This document shows, one piece after another, positions 28,094 through 40,385 of a stretch of 64,000 nt of DNA (position 1 is the first letter of the stretch; every line of letters begins with the position of its first letter). The position numbers and the translations under genes were made by a program. The stretch spans positions 38,130,001 through 38,194,000 of the forward strand of contig NC_042997.1 in assembly GCF_006345805.1 (NCBI RefSeq). The letters run 5' to 3'. Origin of the DNA: Octopus sinensis (taxonomy: Eukaryota). The notes below the pieces were generated by a model that was not told the DNA's origin, did no database searches, and worked only from the letters and a program-made list of their open reading frames with translations.

Positions 28094-28323
28094 TCACCGT
28101 GACCGACCAGGCTATCAAATGTTGCTACACATCGCTGGTCACAAGAAAGAGTGAGAGAAAGTGTGGCGAAAGAGTACAGCAGGGATCGCCACCACCACTC
28201 TGCCGGAGCCTCGTGGGGCTTTAGGTGTTTTCGCTCTATAAACACTCAGAACGCCCGGTCTGGAAATTGAAACCGCGATCCTACGACCGCGAGGCCTGCC
28301 CTACCAGGCCATTGCTCCTCCAC
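28093..28323 (-). mobile_element. Internally deleted tRNA-derived SINE (family R, as at 62975-63361)
   Basis: gagtacagcagggatc..ccggagcctcgtgg.gctttagg..gaaaccgcgatcctacgaccgcgag..cctccac shared with 63.2-63.36 kb. Confidence 0.8.
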
Positions 28324-28958
28324 ATATATACATATATTATATATATATAATATATAGGTAAACAGTAAAATTAAATACAGACATGGACAAGAACATGAAA
28401 CACCACAGAGACGACACAAGAACCACAGGACGGGACATTCGAAGCCTCAGTCATCAGTCAAAACCAGATCATCTTAGCATTTCGGCTGATAATCTTGAGA
28501 TTGCTCCGATAGGCCAGCCCCGCCAGGGGAAATCTAAGCCAAGCGCATTAGATCCCCTAAAGTCGAATGTATACAACGAAAGGACGGAAAACGATCGAAG
28601 TACACAACAAAAATACAGAATACGTGACACAATAAGAATACAAACGTATAACGGAAAAATAAAAAATAAACAACAAAACAAAACCAGGACTAGGACAAGT
28701 CTTTCGACAGGACGATTGAGAGGGGCTGGCTTGTGAAGTTGTGCCTAAAGGCCACGGGGAGACGAACAAATCCGGTTGCTTTGAGGCTGCTGAAAACGAA
28801 AACGCTCAACAGCGGCTAGCTCACGTGAGAACAAAAGACAAGGGACAGATGAGAGAAGGTGAGAAGAAAGAGACAGATCGACTGGATGAGAGAGATACGT
28901 AGAAAACGGATACGGAAGTATAAAAGAGACAGATTAAGAGTCGTATCAAGCTTATATA

Positions 28959-28989
<31 letters not shown>

Positions 28990-29253
28990 CATACATAAAT
29001 ACATACATATATATATATACACATATATACATGTATATATATATATATATATATAATATATACTAAGCAATAAGGGTTAGCAACGATGCCTTACCACATA
29101 CGAATTAGAAATAGCAGTAGGGTTATAGCTATTTCTTCTACTAAAAGGGAGATCTCATAAAAACAGCATTTGGAAGGCAGCACAAACATATAGAGAATAT
29201 ATATATATTATATATATATGTATGTTGATTATGTATGTATGTATGTATATATT

Positions 29254-29289
<36 letters not shown>

Positions 29290-29433
29290 ATACAACTTAT
29301 AAACAAGGGCAAAAGAAAATTCTAATGCCAAATATGCCGAAATAGACTTATTAGTCAATAACCATATAATTTATCACTATAAGCACGCGTCTCGAAAGCA
29401 AGCCGATAGAAATTTCTAAAAAAATTTCGTTAT

Positions 29434-29493
29434 TATCGGATCGGTCCCAATTTCTGAGTTAATTCATTTAGAATTTTCTCGTCATCAGCGATA
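29434..29493 (-). ncRNA. Type I hammerhead ribozyme (inverted arm)
   Basis: Exact reverse complement of 29604-29663. Confidence 0.7.
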
Positions 29494-29603
29494 TGATGAC
29501 GAGAAAATTAATGAAGACTTAATGAGAATAATACTGTAATGAACGAAATTCCAAGATGTACATTTCTCCATTCTTCTTTATGATGAACTGATTATATACT
29601 CTG

Positions 29604-29663
29604 TATCGCTGATGACGAGAAAATTCTAAATGAATTAACTCAGAAATTGGGACCGATCCGATA
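29604..29663 (+). ncRNA. Type I hammerhead ribozyme
   Basis: tatcg-CTGATGA-c-[gag aa aattc taaat gaatt aa ctc]-a-GAAA-ttgggaccga-TC-cgata. Stem I tatcg/cgata, AUC triplet, predicted cut after 29658. Confidence 0.72.
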
Positions 29664-29882
29664 ATAACGAAATTTTTTTAAAATTTCTATCGGCTTGCTT
29701 TCGAGACGCGTGCTTATAGTGACACATTATATGGTTATTGACTAATAAGTCAATATTTCGGCATGTTAGTCATTAGAATGTTTTCTTTTACCCTTGTTTA
29801 TAAGTTGTTTATGAAATTTAACCTGTAAAGGTATTTTTTAATATGCTGGCCATTGATAAAACTTTTTCGAGAATGTTTATCC

Positions 29883-29980
<98 letters not shown>

Positions 29981-30845
29981 TCCATACATGAATATACATA
30001 TATATATGAATATATATATCAACTATCTTTCTTGGCAATATCTAACGTTTTCCCTGTAATTAATTTCGATAAACGCTTTGGTTATGTTTATATTGTACTG
30101 CCGACGACCAACTGTTTCGACAAAAAGAATCTTTGATTCTTCAACGGCATGACTACATATTAGCCGATCATTATACGCTGTTTATTTGCTTATTTGACTA
30201 ATTCACAGTGATATTTAAAACATATTTATTAAAAGTTTTTTTGTGTGTGAGCATGTGGGTGTAAGTGTGTGTATGCATGCATGTATGCATCTGACAAATT
30301 CATAGTGAAATTTAAATCATATCCTATTAAATGTTTAATTGCGTGCTGAGTTGTGAGCGAGTGTGTGGGGATGAGTGTGTGTGGGGATGAGCGTGCATGT
30401 GGAAGGGATGAGTGTGTGAGTGCGTGTGTGTCTGGGTGTGTATGTGTGTATGTGTGCATGCATGTATACGCATACATATGCATATACAGATATAAGTACA
30501 TCATAAATAAAACTGCTAAATTATACGTGTTCAAAATTTGTTTATTACAGTACTATTTTCATCAAAAATATTCTCATTAAATTCCAATTCTAACAGCATG
30601 ACGGATTAGGACTTAATGAGAATAATACTGTAATGAACGAAGTTCCAAGATGTGTATTTCTACATTCTTCTTTATGAGGAACTGATTATATACTCTGTAT
30701 GGTGTATAAAGAGAAATGAAGCGAACTTAGGATTTAGCTATTGAGTGAGTTTAACAGACACCTTTAAGGAATTCCGTTTATTCCCTATCATTCGATGTTA
30801 TACACACACACACACACACCAACACACACACATATACATATACGC

Positions 30846-30904
<59 letters not shown>

Positions 30905-30909
30905 GTACA

Positions 30910-31130
30910 GTAATGACCATGTGATAAGCGGCTTGCTTCCCATCTATATGGTTCTGGGTTCAGAGTGGATTTCCTAGAAGGAAACTGACAGAAGTGTGCG
31001 TGCGTGTGTGTGTGTGTGTACGTACTTTGCGTCTGTCGTTCTCGCCCGCTCACTACCGTTTAACAATTGCTGTTGGTGTGTTTACGTCCTCGTAATAAAG
31101 CAACTCGCCAAAAGACACCAATAGAATAAG
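30910..31130 (+). mobile_element. Degenerate, deleted family C SINE
   Basis: gcttgcttccccatctatatggttctgggttcag..gaaactgacagaag..ggtgtgtttacgtcc..caaaagacaccaatagaataag. Confidence 0.55.
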
Positions 31131-31139
31131 GCTAGATAG

Positions 31140-31170
<31 letters not shown>

Positions 31171-31289
31171 AAGAGAGAGAAATGCATACATACATGCATA
31201 CATAATACATACATACATACATACATACATACATACATACATACATACATACATACATACACTTGTACGTACATGCATACAAATAAGAC

Positions 31290-32115
31290 TAAAGACCGCA
31301 ACGTATCATCAGATGTGAAGAGCATGCATGGGTATGTTAGTAGAAAGGTCGAAGATGATATTAAGATTGATCATCAAAGGAGTAGGAGTCTGTCATGGAC
31401 CAACACCGGATTACTACCTCCCAATTTGAAAGGTATGCATTTGCAATCTGGGAACAGGAAATATCAGCCAAACACCTGATGCACAAAAGCGATAGAGACT
31501 CAGGAAAACCAGTAATATGTGACAACCAATGCAGATCTTGTGGAGTTAACACCGAAGATGCCACTCACATCATAAGCAGTTGTCTTACAATGTCATCACG
31601 GTATCATTTCCCGATGAGACACGATGCTGTAGCTAGAACACTCTATAATAAAATCCGCCGGAAGGAAAACACTGAGGACAAATAAATAAGAACCCACAGT
31701 ATGATAGAAGCCATAGCCACACATAATAAAAGGAGTACTTCTGGAATGTTCCAATGAAAACCTCAATATATTATAAGCACAACAGACCTGATAAAATGGT
31801 TTGGGATAGAGAAGAGAAACTGTGTACTATTGTGGAAATTAGCTGCCCAGCAGATGTTAACATAAAGCTGAAGATCAGTGAAAAAGAGAATACCTACGCT
31901 GAACTATTGCGAAATCTGCAGTTACTCGATCCAGATTACAAGTTCAGGTTTATACCTGTAATTACAGGGGCCCCGATTCATGTAACCCACTGCCAAAATA
32001 CCAATCTTGGAATATATAGGCTTCTCTAAATCAGAAAGGAGAAAGCTGATTCGAAGATTACAGCTCCAATCCATCGCTGAAACTGTAAAGATCCGTAACT
32101 CTTTTCAGAAATTAA
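31290..32115 (+). mobile_element. 3' fragment of an R4/Dong-clade LINE (CCHC and RLE)
   Basis: FAIWEQEI, CRSCGVNTEDATHIISSC, RHDAVARTLY, KHNRPDKMVWDREEKLCTIVEISCP, EKENTYAEL. Confidence 0.88.
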
Positions 32116-33504
32116 TAATCATATGAAATTAATAATCATTTAAGACATATGAGCATGTCTAGATATGCAAGTATATGCATGGGAAGATAAACATAAAACA
32201 AAACATACAACTCTGCACTTATACATACATACATACGTACATACATACATGTAAGAATACCCTGTTGTTGATTTGAGCCTTGGATCTAGGTAAGAAACCG
32301 GCTCCTTCTCTATTGACAAGAATTTTTTTTTATATAAAACTGAATAATGACATATATACATACATACATGCACTCATACATTAATATATGTGTATCCATA
32401 ACAAAATGTAACTCGGAGTACAAATTTTCGAATATATATCATTACAGATTAACATATCAGTTCATCACTGACTGATGATAATCTAAAGCAATAGAAATAA
32501 AAATTTCATGCTCTGGGTTATAGCCTCCGTTAATAAACGAGATTATTCCACTTGTAATTCCTTTTTAATCTAAATTGTCTACATTGCAAAATGTGGTATG
32601 TAGCAAAATTTTTGAATATATGTGCACGTGTGTTTATGAATATATAAATTAATATATGTATGTGCGTGTGTGTGTGTATCCATGCATACATACATACACA
32701 CATACATACGTACGTACATACATACGTGCATACGTACATTTATACTAATCGAGGGATACATGCATATTGATTTACAGAAACATACAACACTTATATCAAA
32801 TGAAATTCTTAAGAGAAATGCAAAGGTAAATAGATACGATGAATTTCTGTAGAATATATTGGAAAATATTCAAACTATGATTTTAAGCACTTATAGAAAT
32901 TTGTATAAGTTTTTTAACACATGCTGAAATTTATGTACCTTAAATACTGCGCACTGTATAATAAGTAACTATAAGTGAAATGGAAGAATATGAAATTGAA
33001 AGATTTCAAGATTTTTGAACGGCCTGCTTTGTATCGTGTAAAAGGATCCTTGCGATGAATATACAACGGAAAAGAATTATCATTACAGTTACTATCATCG
33101 TCACCAACATCATCATCTTCGTCATCGTCACCATCATCATAGTCATCGTCATCATCACCATCATCATTTTTGTTGCAATAAAGTGCTGACGTTCTTAATG
33201 GTGAAGTTTATGATACTGATTTACGCACGCATTATAAAGATATAATTTACTTCGTGATATTTATGCCCCTACAAATTACCCCTGTCGGCATTTACGTAAT
33301 ATACAGACACATACACTATAAAAATGAAGCCATTTCGATGCAATTACAAACGAAATGCGATGAAACATTGCTATTTATGAAGACTTAGGTCTTTCTATGC
33401 CTCCATGAATACTCTCCACGTATTGTTTCTTTCAATCGCCTCGAACTTCCGTCTTTTTCCTCTATCTATCTCTGTACATCTTCCTGCCTCTCATTTTGCG
33501 TGTG

Positions 33505-33882
33505 TATACATACATACATACATACATACATACATACATACATACATACATACATACATACATACATGCATACATACATACATTCGTACATATACATACA
33601 TACATGCATACATACATACATACATACATACATACATACATACATACATACATACATACATCATACATACATACATACATACATACATACATACATACAT
33701 GCATGCATACATACATACATACATACATACATACATACAGACAGACATACATGCATACATACATACATGCATGCATGCATGCATACATACATACATACAT
33801 ACATACATACATACATACATACATACATACATACATACATACATACATACATACATACGTACATACATACGTACATACATAC
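33505..33882. repeat. (TACA)n microsatellite
   Basis: Direct reading. Source of the spurious HTYI/MYVC ORFs. Confidence 0.95.
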
Positions 33883-34982
33883 TCACATAGAGCTAATAAA
33901 GCTTTTGAGATTTCTAAGATTTATTCTAGTTCAGAACTTAGCATTCTTTAGACGTTTGCTGTTGACAACATTCTTTGCAGGAATCAAACGAACATTGAAG
34001 CATTTCTTCAAAGCGAAGTCAACTTTCAATTCAGAACATTCTTCTAAAGAATGGATGTGTGCGATAATAGTTTTCTTAAGATCATTAATTGAAAGCATTT
34101 TTCTTTTTCTTTTTTTTTTTTGTTTGATAATACCTCAAGTTAGAAGGAACATTTTCGATTTATTTCTAATTATAAAAATATGCTTTACGTATTGCATTCA
34201 GAAGCAATTGATGCATTCTTAAATATTCCATGATGATGCTTAATTGATTTATAAGATTATAATATTCAAGCTGAAAATTATTTGGATATTGGATCCACTC
34301 TCACACATATGTGTGTTGCGTGTGGATATATACAGGTATGTATATGTAAGCTTATGCATGTTTGTGCGTTTTTACGCATGTGTGTTTAAGATTCCAGAAT
34401 TTAAATGAAATGCAATTTGTTATTCTTCCTTAATATCTTTCTTGTGTAATTGAAAACGAAATTATGTTCCATTTTATCCAAGTGAAAATTATTTAGCAAA
34501 GTAACTGAAGGTTAATATATCAGACTTTAATCAGCAAATAACGTATAACGCCAACAGAAACAATAACAAACAAAAAACACTGTAAATACAATTACACCAA
34601 AAATATCAAGTATCCTTCATTTAATGAAGATTTTCATATAAATGAAGATGAAAGAACGTAAAATTCGACGGGTTGGTGGGTAACTGTCAACTATCAGATG
34701 ATGAGTATATCTCAAGTATATCTGTGTTATCATCCATCACTGATAGACATAAATTCATTAAATATAGTATATTCTTTCTTTAGATGTATGACTTATGATA
34801 TTTCAGACGTTTTGCATAATGTTTTTTAAGCTTTTTCCATTCGATTTAATTATGTTTTGCTTTATTGTAATAGTTCTTCAATTCTAATGTTCAATGTTCA
34901 GTGCACTTGAGCAGTAGATATTATTAGATAAACAATGGTTATGGCTCATAATAGCCATGAATTGACTGCAGACAGCAATGTC

Positions 34983-35135
34983 TAAAGAACATTATTTACA
35001 TTATTTTCATTCGACGGATATTTGTCCTCATCATGTTTGTTGTTAACACAAAGTTTCGGCTGATATACCCTTCCGCCTTCTTCAGGTATCTTGGGGAAAT
35101 TTCGAACCTGGGTTCTCATTCCTAAGGTATTTTGC
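34983..35135 (-). mobile_element. (AAT)n-associated repeat with an HHR-like remnant (Penelope pLTR-like)
   Basis: Reverse complement cCTGAAGAaggc...gccGAAAct. Diverged inverted partner at 35975-36150. No stem I found. Confidence 0.5.
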
Positions 35136-35172
35136 GATGTTGTTATTATTATTACTATTATTATTATTATTA

Positions 35173-35236
<64 letters not shown>

Positions 35237-35291
35237 CATCATTATTATTTCACATGGGCCGCATATCTTTTGTATCTTTTATAACCCGAAC

Positions 35292-35342
<51 letters not shown>

Positions 35343-35346
<4 letters not shown>

Positions 35347-35900
35347 GCCCTGATGCAGTACCAGGCAGTGGCTCTCATGCCTTCTGATCTTAACTGATTG
35401 GAAGTGTTATCATGTACATTGTTTTGTCTTGGTATAAAAGATGGGCTACAGCAAATATTCTGCTCAATACTACAGATTTGCTTGTCAGTTGTTTGACCGT
35501 AACCAGTTGAGCATGTCCTTTAGTGGCTGACGATATGTGCATCTCTGATCACGAGCAGAAGTAGTGGGGGAGCATCATAGCCATGTGTTGAGAAGGATTC
35601 TTTGGGGTTTGAATAATTCACCTCTGGAAACATGGGTGTTTCGTTCAACGTCCTTAAATAACCCTTATTCAAGGACCTTTTGAGCGGGATGGGTTACTCG
35701 ATCTGAAGAAAATTCTAACTGGGCTCCACCTGCAAGGTCATGTGCTGTTTATCTTGATATGAGATCACCATGTCGCGCACATATGGTTGTGATGCATGTG
35801 CCTGGTGTACCCTTATCAGACGGGTAGTCATGATGGGTATACTGGGCTTCGTATATTTTACCCCAGTGTCACTTTGATGGCATGCTCTGCTCGCTCACTC
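35343..35900 (+). mobile_element. About 560-bp interspersed repeat flanked by (AAT)n, related to the 3' end of the R4/Dong element at 20.5 kb
   Basis: tattcaagg(g)accttttgagcgggatgggtta.tcga.ctgaagaa at about 35665-35710 is the reverse complement of 20509-20553. Confidence 0.55.
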
Positions 35901-35945
<45 letters not shown>

Positions 35946-35974
35946 TATAATGATAATAATAATAATAATGATAA

Positions 35975-36150
35975 TAACATCGAAAAATAATTTAGGAATG
36001 AAAACCCAGGTACGAAATTTTCCCAAGACACATGAAGAAAGATTGAGAGTGTATCAGCCGAAATGTGTTAACAACAAACAAGATGAGGACAAATATCCGT
36101 CGAATGTAAATAATGTAAATAATGTAAATAATTTACATAATTCCTCATCT
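35975..36150 (+). mobile_element. Inverted partner of 34983-35135
   Basis: aacatcgaaaaata..ttaggaatgaaaacccagg..tatcagccgaaa..gatgaggacaaatatccgtcgaatg. Confidence 0.55.
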
Positions 36151-36244
36151 CTTAATTATAGAACTGAATGTTCAAAGAACTTGACACCGACCTAGTGGTG
36201 CGAAATACATTGCAGCCGGTAATATTACGTACAAGAATATGAAT

Positions 36245-36440
36245 GAGGTGATGAGCTAGTGGAATCATTAGCACGCCGAGCAGAATGCTTCGTCCGTCTT
36301 TACGTTCTGAATTCAAAACGGCCGCGGTTGAATTTGTTTTCATCCTTCCGGGATCGAAATAAGTAACTGCTGAGCACCGATGTAATCGGCTTCACCCCTC
36401 TCCACAGAATTGCTGGCCATATGCCAAAATTTGAAATCAA
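36245..36440 (+). mobile_element. Degenerate family M SINE
   Basis: gagctagtggaatcattagcacgccg..tacgttctgaattcaaa..ttcatccttccggg. Confidence 0.6.
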
Positions 36441-36460
36441 TATCATGTACATGAATAATT

Positions 36461-36869
36461 GGCGCAGGAGTGGCTGTGTGGTAAGTAGCTTGCTTACCAA
36501 CCACATGGTTCCGGGTTCAGTCCCACGGCGTAGCACCTTGGGCAAGTGTCTTCTACTATAGCCTCGGGCCGACCAAAGCCTTGTGAGTGAATTTGATAGA
36601 TGGAAAATGAAAGAAGCCCGTTGTATATATGTATATATTTATATATGCGTGTGTGTGTTTGTGTGTCTGTGTTTGTCCCCCTAGCATTGCTTGACAACCG
36701 ATGCTGGCGTATTTACGTCCCCGTTACTTATCGGTTCGGCAAAAGTGACCGATAGAATAAGTACTGGGCTTACAAAAGAATAAGTCCCGGGGTCGAGTTG
36801 CTCGATTAAAGGCGGTGCTCCAGCATGGCCGCAGTCAAATGACCGAAACAAGTAAAAGAGTAAAAGAGT
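36461..36869 (+). mobile_element. Family C SINE, near intact
   Basis: Full head, internal TA/TG spacer, body and (gagtaaaa)n tail. Confidence 0.9.
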
Positions 36870-39800
36870 ATGTGTATAGGTGAACCCATAACAGTAAATA
36901 ATGCTATGCTCCTGGAGAATGTTTCGATGAGTAGCCCGCAACCAAATAGGTATAGTGCACTCAAACGCCAGATAATTTTCGACATTGGTTCCTGTCATAT
37001 AGTATAGTAAACCACTTTAGTAAATCAAACGATATTATGATTAACTTTTTTTTCCGATGGCCGCATCCTGCACCCCAGTAAGAACTTCTGCCTTATTTCG
37101 ATGATCTAGAAAAAACAGATCATAAATTTGCTCTTCATAAGAAAATAATACCCAATAAGAATTATTTTAAATGTAAAATTCCTTCATAATTGCGTAATAC
37201 AAACATTCGATTTTAAGTATTTATCTAGGAAAATAGGCTCCAAATTTCATAATTGTACAAGAGAGTCGTGTTTTTCCCCTGTCACGTTAGCCAAAGTTTC
37301 TATTAGTTTTTCAGACACCATTTCTATAGATTAGAAATTTCTGAATTCAATAGTTGAAAGTAGATTAGAATTTTAAATCCTTCTTTGGCTCAACTATTAC
37401 ACAGAAATTAATGTTTGCGGGTCGTAACACATACTAATTGCTGCCTTAACCAAGATTCTTTAAATATAGCACTCCAGCAACCGTTTTTATTTTCAAATCG
37501 TTGATTATCACCTTTGCAGATTTAGGTTCGAAACTTTTCAGTTACTTTTAGGATGGCGAGAGATAGTTACTTAAATTTGCAAAATCTAATGCTGGAATTT
37601 TTACAACAATTAGATTAATGATTAATCTTCCGAGAGTATGTCTATCGTCTTGCTTAGATATAAACATTATATAATTCGTGAGATTTAACACGAGGAAAGA
37701 TACAAGTTTGTCTCCCTGAAGTACGACACTAGATATACACATTTCATTACTGTTACCAGATGCAATGCAGATAGTATTATTGCACATGTTTTCTTGTGTC
37801 AGTATATAAAGGTATACTAGCATCTACGAAAGAATATTATAGCGAAAGTTCTGTATTATTTCTATTTAGTGTGAAAACAAATGAAAATATAAGATTTATT
37901 TTTTCATTCTTTTTGTTTTTGTAAATAGCCATCGATTGAACATATTTTTGCACTGCTGTACTCTTGATTTTCTGTCAAAATTCTGTATCCTTCCTTTGAG
38001 ATGACACTCTATAGAATGTTTCTGTTCTTACGTCTGACATTTTAAGGAATCTCGTCTGGTCTGGGAGATTTCTATAAATTTTGCTTTAGATCATTTTCAT
38101 CAGTTAGTTCGGTAAATATGTAAATTTTACTAGTAAGATATTTTATCAGTTCTAAGTTTTTGGAAACTTTTCAAACGTTTAATAAGGTTTAAAACAAAAG
38201 TAAATATATTCACAATATATTTCCAGATCCCACGTAGTTTCTAGATCCATGGTTCCGCATGATTTCATTGGCTAATTCTTTAAAAATTCTACTCTTAGCA
38301 GTTATATGTATAATGGCTTTGAGGCTGGAGTTTTAATTCCGGTCTTTTTATCGAAGAGGAACCCGTTCCGATTTATTTCAGTTCCTGTCGGATCTATATC
38401 GGATAAACACTAAATTTGCTTTGAACGTTATTGTGCGAGTATTTTATATACGGTGTGTTGTGTACATTCCAAGAATACTTTATATCTCGATTGAAAAGTA
38501 CGATTTTCATCTACTTTACAAACAAACCAGTATCTTGTTACACTTTCGAGTCATCCAAACCAGCAAGTTTTACTTTCAGTACCAGTTTGTCTCCTAAGCG
38601 TTCACGAATAGGTACAAGTAGTTATTGCATTCTCAAATCGGATGCAATATGGTTTCTGTGTTTTAACTTGAATGACAATCAATTTTTAACGTCGATGCGT
38701 AAGGCAATATTACAACTTGATGTTCTTTTGGGGGGGGGCATGGAGCACGAGTCTACATCGTTCTGATCAGAAACATAGAGTTCAGCACAACTAGAGAGTT
38801 TGAAATAATGTTTTCTGCAATAAAATCTGTCTGCATTTTGACATGTTTATGAGAGGATTTAAACAATTTGTAATTATTGAAAACCAGAAAGCGGTTTAGT
38901 TAATAATGCCGGCTGGAAGAATATCTTTTCGAGGTGCATTATTAATAGGCTTCTGTAATAGTAATGCAAGCAATACTTATATTTGTATTATTAATTTCAT
39001 TTGATGACATATGGTGTAAAACAATGGCCAAGCACCTATTGCTCGGTTGACATGATGGCAGTACAATACAGTGTCGGCTATTTGCGAAGCTATGCAAGGT
39101 GTTACTTATATGTGTAGTAATAATAAAAATAATATCCCATCCCGCCGCCTCCCGAAGCAGATTGTACATAGCTATGTGTAACATACAAAGCGGGATATCG
39201 TTACGATTATATTACGATGCTCTGCTCCTATTCTAAATATATATTTAGTTCACTTTCTATTCTCGTCACTGCCAATTCAAAAACAATCCAATAGCAATTT
39301 CACATACTTGGATTAAAGATAATGATATGAATCTTTTAGAGAGACCGATGTTGGAGCCTCATAATCTTGGCTGATAGGTAACCTGTCAAGATGATTGACA
39401 TATATTTCCTTGGCGAGAGCCTCGTCAATGTTGGCCTACATGCACATTACGTCATTCTTTATCTCTCTCTTGGAGATAATCATTTTGCCATCTCAAAGCA
39501 TTTTCACTGATGACCGATTCATCATTTTGTGATATTAATTGCCGCAACAATTAAACACATGATGTGCATGGGGGTGGGATTATTACGTGGAGCTCCCCAA
39601 ATACATGAGGATATGATTGAATTTCATAAAATTGTGATAATATAAATCTTGTAAAAATGTATAAAACTCGTGAAATTATACAAAATGTGTGAAACTTTTT
39701 AAACACGAGAAAATATAAGGTTAAAATATTTATAATACTAGTCTTAGAATACGACGGTCAGTTTCCTTACGTGTTAAGTACTAAGTGACATTTATTTAAA

Positions 39801-39884
39801 TCCAGCATAACAAATTTTGATCTTAATGAAAAACTATAATATTAACTGTCTGTTTAACTGCCTTCCGGCAGTTGACAGAGTGAT

Positions 39885-40385
39885 TAAGATAAGGTTGTGG
39901 CAACAGGTAATGGAAAGCACACTTGGACCCATTTGGACTTAAATATAAAATGTATTCCGGTCGTAGCCCAAACCTCGTCTTTGTTTTTCAGAGCGTTACC
40001 TCGGGTCTCACTCTTCATTATGTTCTTAAGATTTAGAGATGGATGAGTATGACATTTGAATGTTGTCTTCATTGATCTCAGGCCTCTACCGCCTTCATTT
40101 CTTCTCAAGTAAAGCCTCTCAACATCCCTGTTTCTGTGGAAGTTTCCAGTTGCTGCCAGGATTTTTGCGGGTTTTGATATCAAAGGAGTGGATTTCCTCT
40201 ACAGACTAATCAAGAATTCCAAATGTTGGTATCAGCACTGGTACTGCAAATACATTGTGGGATATTGTTTTGTTGTAAGAGGAGAGTTCCGACTGCCATA
40301 TTTTCCTAAGTCTGGTGTAATATTATTGGGTCACTCTGTCTTTATTTACAGTGCCTTCATATGTTACACTTTCATCTATGCCTAG
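39885..40385 (-). mobile_element. R4/Dong-clade LINE fragment
   Basis: HNVFAVPVLIPTFGIL..DIKTRKILAATGNFHRNRDVERLYLRRNEGGRGL. Confidence 0.8.

Larger units (their letters stand above)
29296..29880. mobile_element. Inverted-repeat element in (TA)n carrying two divergent hammerhead ribozymes (Penelope pLTR/retrozyme-like)
   Basis: Arms of about 200 bp at 29296-29493 and 29604-29810 are reverse complements. (TA)n on both flanks. Confidence 0.75.

Noticed and set aside
28370-28830. Possible HHR on the minus strand (ctgatga..cgaa..gtc near 28430-28460) in a TA-flanked segment
   Set aside because: Only GAA rather than GAAA, and no stem I or II pairing found. It may be a decayed PLE-type remnant but I cannot support it.
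33405-34222. Long ORFs (up to 240 aa) rich in HTYI/MYVC
   Set aside because: Translation of the (TACA)n microsatellite. The same applies to the YI-, poly-I/N/Y and IYLS ORFs elsewhere.
37500-39250. Complex, repeat-free stretch with stop-interrupted minus-strand reading frames
   Set aside because: No recognisable motif. A tBLASTn/HMM search would be needed to call it a pseudogene, exon or viral insert.
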